The notes under the pieces: model-generated | The model's input: the letters and a program-made list of their open reading frames with translations, nothing else | Told to the model about the DNA's origin: nothing | Databases searched by the model: none | Program-made: the position numbers and the translations under genes | Source: Anaerovoracaceae bacterium | GTDB lineage: Bacteria; Bacillota; Clostridia; Peptostreptococcales; Anaerovoracaceae | Reading direction: 5' to 3' | Assembly: GCA_040307645.1 (NCBI GenBank) | Contig: JAWRJF010000096.1 | Span: forward strand, 8,054-72,053 | DNA length: 64,000 nucleotides | In this document: piece after piece, positions 54,052 to 64,000 of the stretch | How the letters are laid out: each line of letters begins with the position of its first letter | Numbering within the stretch: position 1 is the first letter of the stretch

Positions 54052-54947
54052 AATTTCTAATTGTTGATGCCTTTACCGATACTCTTTTTGGTGGTAATCC
54101 TGCCGGGGTTGTCATTATTCCAGCTGGACAGGATTTTCCTAAAGAAGAAATCATGATAAAAACTGCAGCTGAGCTTAGATATTCAGAAACAGCTTTTATT
54201 AAGCAGCTAGGTGAACGAGAATTTAATATCCGTTATTTCACTCCCGCTGCAGAAGTTGAACTTTGTGGCCATGCAACCATCGCTTCGTTTTCCGCGCTCT
54301 TACACCTTGGTATGATAGCAGATAACGCCACCTACGTAAACCATACTTTAGCGGAAACTATTAATGTAAAAGTTGAAAATGGTTTTGTCATGATGGATAT
54401 GGCAACACCAATGGAAATTAACACTATCTCCCAGGAGGCTGCACTGAAAGAGTTGTACGAGATCATGGGGATTGAGTATATTCCTCAATCTGCAAAGCAG
54501 CTTAATGGCCATCAAGCAACACTTTTGCCAAAGTTAATTTCTACAGGTCTTCCAGATATAATGATGCCTGTTAGGACTAAAAAAGATTTAGAAAAGCTGG
54601 CACCAAATATGAGTGCACTTTCCGATCTATCGAAAAAGTATAACGTGGTAGGAGTTCATGCCTTTACCCTTGATACTTGCGGTGATGAAACAGTAAACTG
54701 CCGAAATTTTGCTCCTCTTTACGATATCGATGAAGAAGCTGCAACAGGTACTTCCAACGGAGCTCTTACTTATTACCTATATTTAAATGGTCTTTTAAAA
54801 GATACAGATAAATGCAAGGTTATTCAAGGTGAAGCTATGTCAAGGCCTTCAGTGATACTAACCTCAATAGAAGCTACTAAAGAAAAATGTGCTATAAAGG
54901 TAGGCGGCAGCGCAGTAATCCTGGCCCAGGGAGAAATTTTTATATAA
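54048..54947 (+). CDS. PhzF-family isomerase-like protein
   Basis: 299 aa with the FLIVDAFTDTLFGGNPAGVV N-terminus and ELCGHATIA motif. Confidence 0.85.
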   Translation: MKFLIVDAFTDTLFGGNPAGVVIIPAGQDFPKEEIMIKTAAELRYSETAFIKQLGEREFNIRYFTPAAEVELCGHATIASFSALLHLGMIADNATYVNHTLAETINVKVENGFVMMDMATPMEINTISQEAALKELYEIMGIEYIPQSAKQLNGHQATLLPKLISTGLPDIMMPVRTKKDLEKLAPNMSALSDLSKKYNVVGVHAFTLDTCGDETVNCRNFAPLYDIDEEAATGTSNGALTYYLYLNGLLKDTDKCKVIQGEAMSRPSVILTSIEATKEKCAIKVGGSAVILAQGEIFI

Positions 54948-55002
54948 ACACAAAAATAATGGCATTCCTAAAATGGAGTGCCATTATTTTGTTTAATCTT
55001 TT

Positions 55003-56385
55003 TTATAATCCATGAATTACATTGTTAAGCCACTTTTTAGAAATAAACCTCTTAGTAAGAATAACTGCTTTGATAATTTCTTCAGACTTTAATAGCAAAA
55101 CAACTAAATAAATCGGCAGTTCAAGATACATGGCGCCAATAAATGCAAGTGGTACGGATATAAACCAAACCGAACCACATTCTGCAAACATGGCAAACCT
55201 AGTATCTCCACCACCTCTTAAAACTCCAGTAACATTAATTCCATTATAGAGGTTTAAACCCATAGTCAATCCATATATTAGCAGGATTATTATTGCATAT
55301 TGTTTACCTAATTCTGTTAAAGCAAATAGCCCAACTAATGGTTTTGCCATAACAATCAATACTATTCCCGCCACGACACCAACAATAGTTCCTATTTTCA
55401 AAAGACTTTTTGCCATGCTGTAAGTATAGTCATTTTTTCTTTCTCCGATTTTTTGTCCTATTAGAATAAGGGCCGCATCACCTACGCTAAATGCCGCGTA
55501 GGTAAAAATACTGTTTATTGCCGCTGCAGACTGATATGCAGCATAAGCAGTTATTCCGATTCTTGCAAACGCTGCAACATACATAGCTTGCCCCATTGAC
55601 CATAGAGCCTCGTTTGCAGTAGTTGGCAAAGCATTTTTAAAGATTCTAAAGACAAAAGCCTTTTTCCATCCGATAAAGTCCTTTATAGGACCAGCTAGAC
55701 TATTTTTTCTCACAAAGACAACAACCATAACCAAAACTAATTCTAAAGCTCTAGCAATAGCTGTTGCCAGAGCAGCCCCGTTAACGCCCATTTCAGGTGC
55801 GCCTAATTTTCCAAAAATCAGCACATAATTTAAAATTGTATTTGTACCAAAAACTGCAATGCTGATATATAAAGGCTTTGTGGTCTGCTGTGTCGCCTTT
55901 AAAGCGGACTCAAATGGAACGGAAAAGCCTAGAAAAAAGAATGTGATTTTAGCAGTCTTTATATATCCTGAAGCTAATGGTATTAAATTTTCATCATCAG
56001 AAAAAAGCCTTATAATACTTTCGGAAAAAAATGTTCCTCCAATAAAAAATATACTTCCTATGCAAAGGGCCACAAAAACAGCAAAGCCAATGGTCTTTCT
56101 GATATTTTTCATATCATTTGCACCAAAAAACTGAGCCATAAAGGTGGCAGACCCGCTGGTAAATCCATAAAGTAACATCCAGTGAATGAAGTATATTTGT
56201 GTAGCTATTCCCACTGCTGCAAGGTGTATTTCCCCTAGGGAACCTACCATTAAATTGTCCACCAGTCCTAAAGTAGCAGAAATAACTCCCTGTATTGCAA
56301 TTGGAATTGCAATTGAAGCTAAATTTTTGTATAAAGCTTTATTATCTATTTTTATTCTATTTATTTTTGTTTCTCCTCTATGCAC
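55003..56385 (-). CDS. MATE-family efflux transporter
   Basis: 460 aa, twelve TM segments, MATE-like N-terminal motif (IAIPIAIQGVISATLGLVDNLMVG). Confidence 0.85.
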   Translation of the reverse strand: MHRGETKINRIKIDNKALYKNLASIAIPIAIQGVISATLGLVDNLMVGSLGEIHLAAVGIATQIYFIHWMLLYGFTSGSATFMAQFFGANDMKNIRKTIGFAVFVALCIGSIFFIGGTFFSESIIRLFSDDENLIPLASGYIKTAKITFFFLGFSVPFESALKATQQTTKPLYISIAVFGTNTILNYVLIFGKLGAPEMGVNGAALATAIARALELVLVMVVVFVRKNSLAGPIKDFIGWKKAFVFRIFKNALPTTANEALWSMGQAMYVAAFARIGITAYAAYQSAAAINSIFTYAAFSVGDAALILIGQKIGERKNDYTYSMAKSLLKIGTIVGVVAGIVLIVMAKPLVGLFALTELGKQYAIIILLIYGLTMGLNLYNGINVTGVLRGGGDTRFAMFAECGSVWFISVPLAFIGAMYLELPIYLVVLLLKSEEIIKAVILTKRFISKKWLNNVIHGL

Positions 56386-57446
56386 TTCTCTTTTTTCTCT
56401 TCTTTTTCAATATTAATAGCCTTTAGATGTGGCATAAGGTGATTGGAATCTGTAAGAAATACATAAAGGTAAATTCCTGCTATCCCCATTAAGCCTATGG
56501 TCTCTACATATAGATTCCTGCTGATTAAAACTGCTGCGATTCCCATAATTCCACTGATTCCATATAACATAAGCACTGCCCGCCTCTGTCCATATCCCGA
56601 GGCCATAAGTCTATGATGAAGATGCCCTTTATCAGCCTCCATAATTGGCTTTTTGTTTGCAATTCTTCGTAAAATTGCAAAAGCAGTATCAAAAATAGGG
56701 ATTCCAAGAACTATAACAGGTACGACAACCGCAATTACAGTAGCGCCTTTTACAGGCCCTAAAATAGAAAGTGTGGACAGTGTAAATCCTAAAAACAAGG
56801 ACCCACCATCACCCATGAAAATTTTTGCAGGATAAAAATTAAAAGGTAAAAAGCCTAGTGCTCCTCCTGCAATGGCCAGCATAGCACATGAGACAAGGTA
56901 CATCCCATGAATATAAGCTACATACGCAATACAAAGTGAAGCTATTGCTGAAATGCCTGCAGCTAAGCCATCAAGACCATCTATTAAATTAACGGTATTC
57001 GTTATGCCAACTATCCAAAGTATAGTCACAATAAAGCATACTGTAGTTCCAAAATGGTTAAGTCCTTCTCCAAAATAATTAGTTATAAATTCTATCCTTA
57101 TGTTGAAGGCATACATTATGCAAGCAACTATTGTTTGTCCTAAAAATTTCACTTTAGCCGGCAGATTCTTTAGGTCATCGATTATTCCAAGAAGATAAAT
57201 TAATATTCCTCCTATTATCACGCCCACCACTCTGCTGTCATAAGACATGTACATTACCATTGATGCCGTAGTACCCACAAAAATTGCAAGGCCTCCAAAC
57301 CTTGGCATTGCTTTACTATGCATACGTCTTTCATCTTTAGGTATATCTATCGCTCCGATTTTTGGTGCTATTTTCATTGCTATTGGTGTAAATATCAATG
57401 CAAGAACAAAAGCAGTCAAAAATGATGCCCATAATTTTGTAAACAT
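56361..57446 (-). CDS. Undecaprenyl-phosphate N-acetylhexosamine-1-phosphate transferase (GT4 MraY/WecA/TagO family)
   Basis: 361 aa with IIDDL, NLIDGLDGLA and MGDGGS motifs. Confidence 0.85.
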   Translation of the reverse strand: MFTKLWASFLTAFVLALIFTPIAMKIAPKIGAIDIPKDERRMHSKAMPRFGGLAIFVGTTASMVMYMSYDSRVVGVIIGGILIYLLGIIDDLKNLPAKVKFLGQTIVACIMYAFNIRIEFITNYFGEGLNHFGTTVCFIVTILWIVGITNTVNLIDGLDGLAAGISAIASLCIAYVAYIHGMYLVSCAMLAIAGGALGFLPFNFYPAKIFMGDGGSLFLGFTLSTLSILGPVKGATVIAVVVPVIVLGIPIFDTAFAILRRIANKKPIMEADKGHLHHRLMASGYGQRRAVLMLYGISGIMGIAAVLISRNLYVETIGLMGIAGIYLYVFLTDSNHLMPHLKAINIEKEEKKEKCIEEKQK

Positions 57447-57466
57447 TATAATCTCCTAGCTAATTC

Positions 57467-57919
57467 CTATTTATTTTCAAGCATTACAATCTTAAGTCCT
57501 GCCTCGGCAAGAATTTCAACTGATAAATCATCAGGATACCCTTCTGCCACGACAATCCTACTAATCCCTGCATTAATGATCATTTTCGCGCAGATTACGC
57601 ATGGCTGGTGAGTTATGTAAATGGTGCCCCCTTCAACACTTTGTCCTAGTGTTGCCGCCTGAATTATAGCGTTTTGTTCTGCATGAAGGGCCCTGCAAAG
57701 TTCATGTCTCTGTCCTGAAGGTATTTTCATCTGTTCTCTTAGACAGCCACCTCTCTCGTCACAATGGGCTATACCTCTAGGTGCTCCATTATATCCAGTG
57801 GAAATAATATGTTTGTCTTTTACAATCACAGCACCTACATTACGCCTAAGGCAAGTAGATCTTCCTGCTGTAAGCTTTGCCATATCCATAAAATACTGAT
57901 CCCAACTAGGTCTATTCAT
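57467..57919 (-). CDS. comEB: dCMP deaminase (ComEB-like)
   Basis: HAEQNAI and PCVICAKMI zinc motifs. I moved the start to the ATG at 57919 ([10 protein letters not shown]), which has an RBS and removes the overlap with truA. Confidence 0.85.
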   Translation of the reverse strand: MNRPSWDQYFMDMAKLTAGRSTCLRRNVGAVIVKDKHIISTGYNGAPRGIAHCDERGGCLREQMKIPSGQRHELCRALHAEQNAIIQAATLGQSVEGGTIYITHQPCVICAKMIINAGISRIVVAEGYPDDLSVEILAEAGLKIVMLENK

Positions 57920-58721
57920 AGTACATACCTTCTCTTTCATTAATTTCTGTATAAAATACTTTTACTAAGTAAAGGCCTTGGGGAGGTGCTGTATGCCCGG
58001 CTTTCTGTCTGTCTCCCCCCAGTATTATTCTTTCCACGTCCTGCCATTTTATTTTGCCAAGGCCCACATCTACCAGTGTTCCGACTATTATTCTTACCAT
58101 ATTATACAAGAATCCATCACCTGTAACTTCTATGATTAGGTCATCTTTCTTGTCTAAAATATCTAATGAATAAATCGTCCTAAAAGTGGTTTCTCTTGGC
58201 GTTCCACCTGCTGACTGGAAGCACTTGAAGTCATGTCCCCCTACAATCAGCTTAGCAGCCTTTCGCATAGACGCCCTATCTAATTTTTCTTTTATCTGAT
58301 AACAATAATTTCTACGAAATGTATTAAATTCACCATGGTTTGAAACTACATATCTATATGTTTTCCCTTTACTATCAAATCTGGCATGAAAATCTAAGGG
58401 CATTTCCTCAGCTTTGATAATCCTCACATCTGCCACTTTTCCTCTAAAGTTTTGTCCTCCAGCCAGCATATTGTTTGCCGCAAGCTGGATTCTATCTACA
58501 GGTATATTGGATTTGCATAAAAATGAGGCACGCTGACCTAGAGCATGTACGCCTGAGTCGGTCCTACTAGTTCCATTTAACATAACCTGATGATTACAAA
58601 GGAGAGTCAAAACTCTTTCAAGTTCTCCCTGGACAGTTCTCTTGTCAGGTTGCTTTTGCCATCCATAAAAGTCTGTCCCATCGTATTCTATTGTTAAAAG
58701 TATATTTCTCTCCATATTCAT
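57912..58721 (-). CDS. truA: tRNA pseudouridine(38-40) synthase TruA
   Basis: 269 aa. [16 protein letters not shown] and [14 protein letters not shown] (catalytic Asp) motifs. Confidence 0.92.
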   Translation of the reverse strand: MNMERNILLTIEYDGTDFYGWQKQPDKRTVQGELERVLTLLCNHQVMLNGTSRTDSGVHALGQRASFLCKSNIPVDRIQLAANNMLAGGQNFRGKVADVRIIKAEEMPLDFHARFDSKGKTYRYVVSNHGEFNTFRRNYCYQIKEKLDRASMRKAAKLIVGGHDFKCFQSAGGTPRETTFRTIYSLDILDKKDDLIIEVTGDGFLYNMVRIIVGTLVDVGLGKIKWQDVERIILGGDRQKAGHTAPPQGLYLVKVFYTEINEREGMYYE

Positions 58722-59017
58722 TACTTTCTAGGCAATTCTATTTGTTTATTATCCTTTGATTCCCTGTAAAGTGTGAACTTCTTCCCGATGGCTTGTACGA
58801 ACTCAGCCTCCAGTGTTTCAGAAATTTTATTTGCTGTTTCCTTTGGATCTAAAATGCATCCATCCTGTATTTTTACCTTTACAAGCTCTCTACATTCTAA
58901 ACCTGTTTCTATTTCTTTTATTATATTTTCAGTAAGACCCTGCTTACCAATATAAACTGTCGGATCAAGGTCATGAGCCAAACTCCTTAAAAAACTTCTC
59001 TGTTTACTTGATATCAT
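58721..59017 (-). CDS. yhbY: Ribosome assembly RNA-binding protein YhbY (CRM domain)
   Basis: 98 aa. LSSKQRSFLRSLAHDLDPTVYIGKQGLT motif. Confidence 0.88.
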   Translation of the reverse strand: MISSKQRSFLRSLAHDLDPTVYIGKQGLTENIIKEIETGLECRELVKVKIQDGCILDPKETANKISETLEAEFVQAIGKKFTLYRESKDNKQIELPRK

Positions 59018-59098
59018 AAATTTCCCTCTTTCTATTATTATCGTAATATTATACCAAATTTTTTTATTTTTCGCTAGGGTTACAATGCAAAGACGATC

Positions 59099-59806
59099 TC
59101 ATAAATAAAGTATTTGCCCCAGCTGCCATAAAAATACCATATATATTACACTACTTATTGCAATGTATGGCACCATAGGCTTTAAGTCATTCTTTTTCGC
59201 TCTCTTTGTAGCAAGTTGCCATACAAAATGACCTGCACTGATCAAAGTTGTCAAGACAAATATTATTAGTATTCCCACTGAGCCTGTTACTAGTCCAAGA
59301 CTAGCAAAAAGCTTAATATCACCGCCTCCAATAGAATCTCTCTTATACATTATTTTAGAAATTATTGCAATGAAGAGCATTATTCCAAATCCAATTAGAC
59401 CTCCATAAAGTGACTCTTTCCAGTCGTAATGAAAAGAAATAAATCCTATAGAGATTAATGCCAAAAAAACTGTCATCTGATCGGGTATTATCATGTATTT
59501 TATATCTGCAATAGACATCTCTAGCAAAACCCATGACGCTATCATTACCGCTATTCCATATCTCATATCTTCCCTAAAAAGGAAAAGTCCCATAGTTACA
59601 AAAACTATGGTAAATGCCATCTTCCACGGTGTACTTTTTATCCTTTGACATGTAGGATGCAGAAGCTCTTCCGAAGGTTTTTCTCCATAATCACACAACC
59701 AGCTCCCCGGCATTTTATTAAAGAAATAAACCGCACCATTTCCAAGAATAATCCCCATAAAAATAGCTACGACTGATTTAATTAAAATTGTAACTATATA
59801 TGTCAT
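59099..59806 (-). CDS. Prepilin peptidase (A24 family), peptidase domain only
   Basis: 235 aa polytopic membrane protein with the two Asp motifs (IIPDQ and GGGDIKL). Confidence 0.8.
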   Translation of the reverse strand: MTYIVTILIKSVVAIFMGIILGNGAVYFFNKMPGSWLCDYGEKPSEELLHPTCQRIKSTPWKMAFTIVFVTMGLFLFREDMRYGIAVMIASWVLLEMSIADIKYMIIPDQMTVFLALISIGFISFHYDWKESLYGGLIGFGIMLFIAIISKIMYKRDSIGGGDIKLFASLGLVTGSVGILIIFVLTTLISAGHFVWQLATKRAKKNDLKPMVPYIAISSVIYMVFLWQLGQILYL

Positions 59807-59906
59807 TTATCTCTCCTTGATATTATTTGGTTTATTATAACATATTCCATAGTCATTATACAGTCTCATGTTAAAAGGAGCTAGACTTAAAGCCCAGCTC
59901 CTTTTT

Positions 59907-62900
59907 TTATTTAGCAATTCTATAAGTTAGTTTTGAAGATTTGGTATATACTTTCTTGCCGTCTACGGTTCTATAGCCGCGCACCTTATAATAGTATATC
60001 TGGCCTTTCTTTACTGCTGTATTTTTATAAGTTCTCTTGGCTGTTGTCCTAACCACCTTGTATTTTCCATTCTTCTTTGTTGCACGGTATACTTTATAGC
60101 CATCTACCTTATAGCCTTTTGACTTTGTCCATCTTACTATGATAGCACCTTTTTTAGCCTTTGATTTGACTGAGATTTTTGTTGCCTTAATGCCTTTAAT
60201 TATCTTGGCATTTTTTTCAGATGCTATCTGCTCATCTGTCTTAAGTCCAAGAGCATCTGCATCTACTAATGCAAACCAACTGAAGTGTGTTGTATCAAAC
60301 TGATAGTAGTCTTTATTCCCTGATTTTATCACTTTCCCTTCCATCTGTGTCAGTTTATTATCTGCATCGATGTAAACCACTGCAACATTCTTGTCTTTCA
60401 GTGCTGAAGGTATAGGGAGTTCAGCTGTTACCTTACCATTGAAGTTGGTGATTTTATCAGTTCCTGATTTTACGATTAGGTTATATAGTAATGCATTGTC
60501 ACCAATAAGTTTCTTCTGGTCGTCTGTCAGCTTAGTTTCCTTGGTTACTTGGATTATTACTGTTGAACCTTTGCCTTCTTCACTAATCTGTTTCAAAGTA
60601 GTCTGATCTATTGTGATATCGCCGTTTTCTGTCTTAAGCGTTACTGCTGCTGCAGTATCCTTAGCAATACTTCCGATGGTTGCCTTTGGTAGTTCAAGAA
60701 CAACATTTTCAACTCCCTTGGTATCAGTTGCTGCCACATTAAGCACTATTTTTGATGCTTTGTTTGCTACTGCCTGTTTAATTGCTTCTGCTGCAATTTT
60801 ATCATCAACTGTAACCTTTGCATATGCACCATTTACATTAACCTTGGTTGGAGCCGTTGTGATTGCTGAACCAACATTTCCCGAAGTGTTAACCATTGTC
60901 TTATCTTCAGTTGGCTTACTCCACGCATCTGAGCCTTGCTCAACTGTGTAGTCATCAGTGAAGTGGAATATGATATCGTCTCCATCATTTACAAATTTGG
61001 AGGCCACTCCTACTTCAGGATGAAGTCCATTAACCGTATACATCCAGCCCGAGTTAGAACTTTCATTCCCAAACTCACCAAGTTCTATTCCGTTATGTGT
61101 AACTGAATAAATATATGTTCCGTATTGCGATCCCCTGCTGTTAAATCTTACCTCACTGTGTTTTGCCTGAACTGCCTGCATAACATCCCATACTGTTGCA
61201 TTCACATCAACAATACAAGATTCACGAGGGAGCCATGTTTGAAGGTTGTTTGCTTTAAGTGTATGAATTATTGCACCATCCTTTGAACAGTCATGTATTT
61301 CATCACCTAATAAAGTGAAATACACTGTAACTTTGTTTGGATCTGATTCAACAGGACGAATCTTAACAGCAACTTCAAGTTCAAGCTTTGCTGCACCGTA
61401 TGAAAGCATAACCTTTTGTATCTCATGTTTACCACTGTGATAACCTGTTATTTTTACATTGTCCTTGCCTGTTCCTATCGTTGGATGTGTTTCGGTTCCA
61501 TCTGTCCACTTTGCTGAAAGCGTAACACCTTCCGGCAGTTTGAACGGATCGCCTACATAAAATTCTTTATTGTTCCACTCACCATTTATGGTTAGTTCAT
61601 AGCAAATTTTATCTGGTACATCAGCTGTCCCCTTTGCCAGATTGTCCTTATCCTTCCCAATTGGGTCATCCACACGATTATACTGTGCTTTCCAACCACA
61701 ACCATAAACTTCAGGGCAATCAGAAACGCCTTTTTCAGTGTTTATATATGTAGTTCCCTCTGTTCTTGTAGGTTTTGCATAGTTAGTATCTATATACTTC
61801 ACTGCACCAATGCCACTTTTTGCACCACAGTCAGTCTTGTAAAAATTCCCTGCAATATTATCATATTTATTTAAGCTATCGTAAAATCCAATAATGCCTC
61901 CTACATTTGACTTTCCGGAAACCTTTCCGGTGAAAACATTTCCTACAATTGAATGTGGATCCCATGACTGGGCAACATATAAGTCTCCACCTGTGATTCC
62001 CCCTACATTATTGGCTCCGTTAATATTACCATCTGATGAACAATTAATAATAGTAGGTCGCAATCCATTTGGCGCAGATGCATTCTGGTATCCTCCGCCA
62101 ATGATTCCTCCAACGTTATTTCCTGTTGCTTCTACAGTTCCATGAAACTTACTGCTTTTTACTGTGCATTCACCCAAAGCATTATCCATTGTTCCTACTA
62201 TTCCACCAACGTAGTTAACACCTTTAACCGTTGCGTAGCTCTCACAATTTTCAATTTTACAGATAGCACGCCCGGCAAATGTACCTATCTCACTTTGAGT
62301 TCCATCATACCCGATTATAACCCCTTCTTCGGCAGTACAGTTACGTATTGTTACTTCAAATCCTGCACTGCAGCCTGCAAATCCATTTATGGAAATATCT
62401 ATACATGTTCCGATAAGACCAGATTTCAAAGTCTTTGTCCCACTTAAAAGCCTTACGTTATCAATTACTATTGCACTTCCTTGAAGTTTTACGCCCTTAT
62501 AGTTATTTACAAGGCCATATCCATTGATTTCTTCGCCATATATTTTCAGATTTTTCACGGTTGCGCCCTTGATGTAGCCCAATAACGGTTGTTCGCCCTT
62601 AGGTACGGTTAAGGTGTGTCCGTCACCATCAATAATGCCGGAGAAAGCATTTAGATTTGCATCACCTTCAACAAAACTGGTTCCGTTCTTGGTGCATCCA
62701 ATAGGCTTCCAATTATTAGGTAAGGTTATATCGTCAGTTAATTTAAAGTATTTGCCATTGAAGTTCTCACCACTTGCAGTATATGCAGAAAGCTGATTGA
62801 GGTCGTCACCTGTCTTCAGTAAATAAGGGCTAGTTTCTGTTCCAGAGCCTTCTAATCCTGTTCCATTATCAACAACCTGGATCGAAGACACTGCAGAATT

Positions 62901-64000
62901 AACTGATCCCACCTTGCCATCTTTTATGCTTTGAATCTGACAATAATACTTGTAAATAGTTGTTTTATCTTGTGTAGGGGTTAAGGTTGATGTGCACCCA
63001 TCGGTATTGGTTATTATTGTTGACGGTACACGCTTATATCCTGTTCCATCATCATAGTACCAACTGAATACAAGTTGCATATTTTTATCTTCTTTTACAG
63101 TGACAGAAATGTCCTTTGCAGTCTGTCCCTTGATTACAGTACCGCTCTGCGGCTGAGTTGTGATTTCAGCAGGAGTACCTGCGCCATCCTGATAATTATA
63201 TATAATTATCGTACCAGCATCAGACCATATCTTTTTTGTCTGATCATTTATATTAATGCGCTCCCACTGTTCTTGAGTTCCTCTAAATCCAATCCATTTT
63301 GGCTTTACGCTCATTGACACGTCCTGATAGCTTTCCAAGCAAGCAGGCAAAATTAGTTCTCTAATAGAACTTGGTCCATTATTAAATGTATTATTAACTA
63401 TGGTTTTTGTGCCCTTAAACTCAACAGACTCTAGATTAGAGCATCCTCTAAACATCATACTCTGGGTTTTAGAATAATTTTCCGGAAATTCTATATTTCT
63501 AATTCCCTGCATCCCGCTTATAGCAGACTTCATAATCCCACCAACAGACGTTAATTCTTTAGGGAGATTAATTTCCTCGATTGCGATACAGTTATCTAAC
63601 ATTTTATCCGGCAATATTTTCAAACTGTCAGGCAGTGATATTTTTTTCAAATTAGAGCATCCAGAGAACAAGAACATTCCATATTTTACATCTGAATCCT
63701 TTTCCAGTACAACTTCTTCAAGTGATTTACAACCATTAAACGCACTGGACCCCAAATTTGTAACTGTTGCAGGGATTGTAATTTTTCCGGAAATAGCAGT
63801 ATCTGAGAAGGCAGCAATTCCAATTGAGGTCAATGATGCCGGAAATGAAACACCTGTTATATTGCTATATTTAAAAGCTGAATCAGCAACAGATGTTATT
63901 CCCTCAGGAATACAATATTCCCCACTTACTGTTGGCAAAACGAGAACAATTTCTTTACCAATATCCGTATTTTTGTATACAGTTCCTTTATCTATGTAAC
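59907..64000 (-). CDS. Giant secreted/cell-surface protein (N-terminus beyond the window): BspA-type LRRs, GLUG-motif repeats, DUF4430-like domain, C-terminal Fn3-like basic domain
   Basis: The frame stays open upstream of the track start, through ...YIDKGTVYKNTDIGKEIVLVLPTVSGEYCIP to position 64000. LRR-type repeats (IPEGITSVADSAF..., LPDSLKILPDKMLDNC). Repeated NVGGIIGG/NVGGITGG/YVGGIVG motifs. A TVYFTLLGD...GWMYTVNG segment. Confidence 0.8.
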   Translation of the reverse strand, partial: YIDKGTVYKNTDIGKEIVLVLPTVSGEYCIPEGITSVADSAFKYSNITGVSFPASLTSIGIAAFSDTAISGKITIPATVTNLGSSAFNGCKSLEEVVLEKDSDVKYGMFLFSGCSNLKKISLPDSLKILPDKMLDNCIAIEEINLPKELTSVGGIMKSAISGMQGIRNIEFPENYSKTQSMMFRGCSNLESVEFKGTKTIVNNTFNNGPSSIRELILPACLESYQDVSMSVKPKWIGFRGTQEQWERININDQTKKIWSDAGTIIIYNYQDGAGTPAEITTQPQSGTVIKGQTAKDISVTVKEDKNMQLVFSWYYDDGTGYKRVPSTIITNTDGCTSTLTPTQDKTTIYKYYCQIQSIKDGKVGSVNSAVSSIQVVDNGTGLEGSGTETSPYLLKTGDDLNQLSAYTASGENFNGKYFKLTDDITLPNNWKPIGCTKNGTSFVEGDANLNAFSGIIDGDGHTLTVPKGEQPLLGYIKGATVKNLKIYGEEINGYGLVNNYKGVKLQGSAIVIDNVRLLSGTKTLKSGLIGTCIDISINGFAGCSAGFEVTIRNCTAEEGVIIGYDGTQSEIGTFAGRAICKIENCESYATVKGVNYVGGIVGTMDNALGECTVKSSKFHGTVEATGNNVGGIIGGGYQNASAPNGLRPTIINCSSDGNINGANNVGGITGGDLYVAQSWDPHSIVGNVFTGKVSGKSNVGGIIGFYDSLNKYDNIAGNFYKTDCGAKSGIGAVKYIDTNYAKPTRTEGTTYINTEKGVSDCPEVYGCGWKAQYNRVDDPIGKDKDNLAKGTADVPDKICYELTINGEWNNKEFYVGDPFKLPEGVTLSAKWTDGTETHPTIGTGKDNVKITGYHSGKHEIQKVMLSYGAAKLELEVAVKIRPVESDPNKVTVYFTLLGDEIHDCSKDGAIIHTLKANNLQTWLPRESCIVDVNATVWDVMQAVQAKHSEVRFNSRGSQYGTYIYSVTHNGIELGEFGNESSNSGWMYTVNGLHPEVGVASKFVNDGDDIIFHFTDDYTVEQGSDAWSKPTEDKTMVNTSGNVGSAITTAPTKVNVNGAYAKVTVDDKIAAEAIKQAVANKASKIVLNVAATDTKGVENVVLELPKATIGSIAKDTAAAVTLKTENGDITIDQTTLKQISEEGKGSTVIIQVTKETKLTDDQKKLIGDNALLYNLIVKSGTDKITNFNGKVTAELPIPSALKDKNVAVVYIDADNKLTQMEGKVIKSGNKDYYQFDTTHFSWFALVDADALGLKTDEQIASEKNAKIIKGIKATKISVKSKAKKGAIIVRWTKSKGYKVDGYKVYRATKKNGKYKVVRTTAKRTYKNTAVKKGQIYYYKVRGYRTVDGKKVYTKSSKLTYRIAK

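Overview
AT-rich, spore-former-type Firmicutes (Clostridia-like) chromosome, about 90% coding and mostly on the minus strand. Most of the window is housekeeping. From left to right: cbiMNQ cobalt uptake behind a cobalamin riboswitch; spoIIE; tatD-metG; a MarR plus heterodimeric ABC exporter operon; aspartate kinase; a Ca/Na antiporter; metK behind a SAM-I riboswitch; cwlD; alaX; nhaC. Further right: rluB; the SCIFF scfA/scfB pair; a DacB-like carboxypeptidase; a hybrid histidine kinase; an ABC-F protein; aroK; scpAB; mtnA; two SLT paralogs; feoAB; phzF; a MATE pump; wecA/tagO; dCMP deaminase; truA; yhbY; a prepilin peptidase; and a giant LRR/GLUG surface protein that runs off the right edge. 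The most interesting block is 22.1-35.9 kb, a lysine-fermentation locus: kdd, kamA, a P-loop protein, a MutS-domain-V protein, kamD, kamE, then atoE-atoD-atoA, with kal divergent. It is controlled by a sigma-54 activator whose N-terminal sensor region is a full-length, cofactor-motif-degenerate copy of the pathway enzyme Kdd. Around it I can read two perfect -24/-12 promoters, five GAAC-N8-GTTC palindromes and an in-frame kamD'-'kamE gene remnant. Other unexplained structure: a DnaA-box cluster in a convergent intergenic gap; an ORF-less 392-bp segment bounded by 24-nt inverted repeats; paired hairpin repeats flanking four TTTATGTAA motifs; a FeoB with a degenerate GTPase P-loop; and SLT paralogs that share 5' ends and upstream direct repeats. 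No rRNA, tRNA, CRISPR array or intact mobile element was seen. All calls come from reading the sequence and ORF translations by eye, with no database search.
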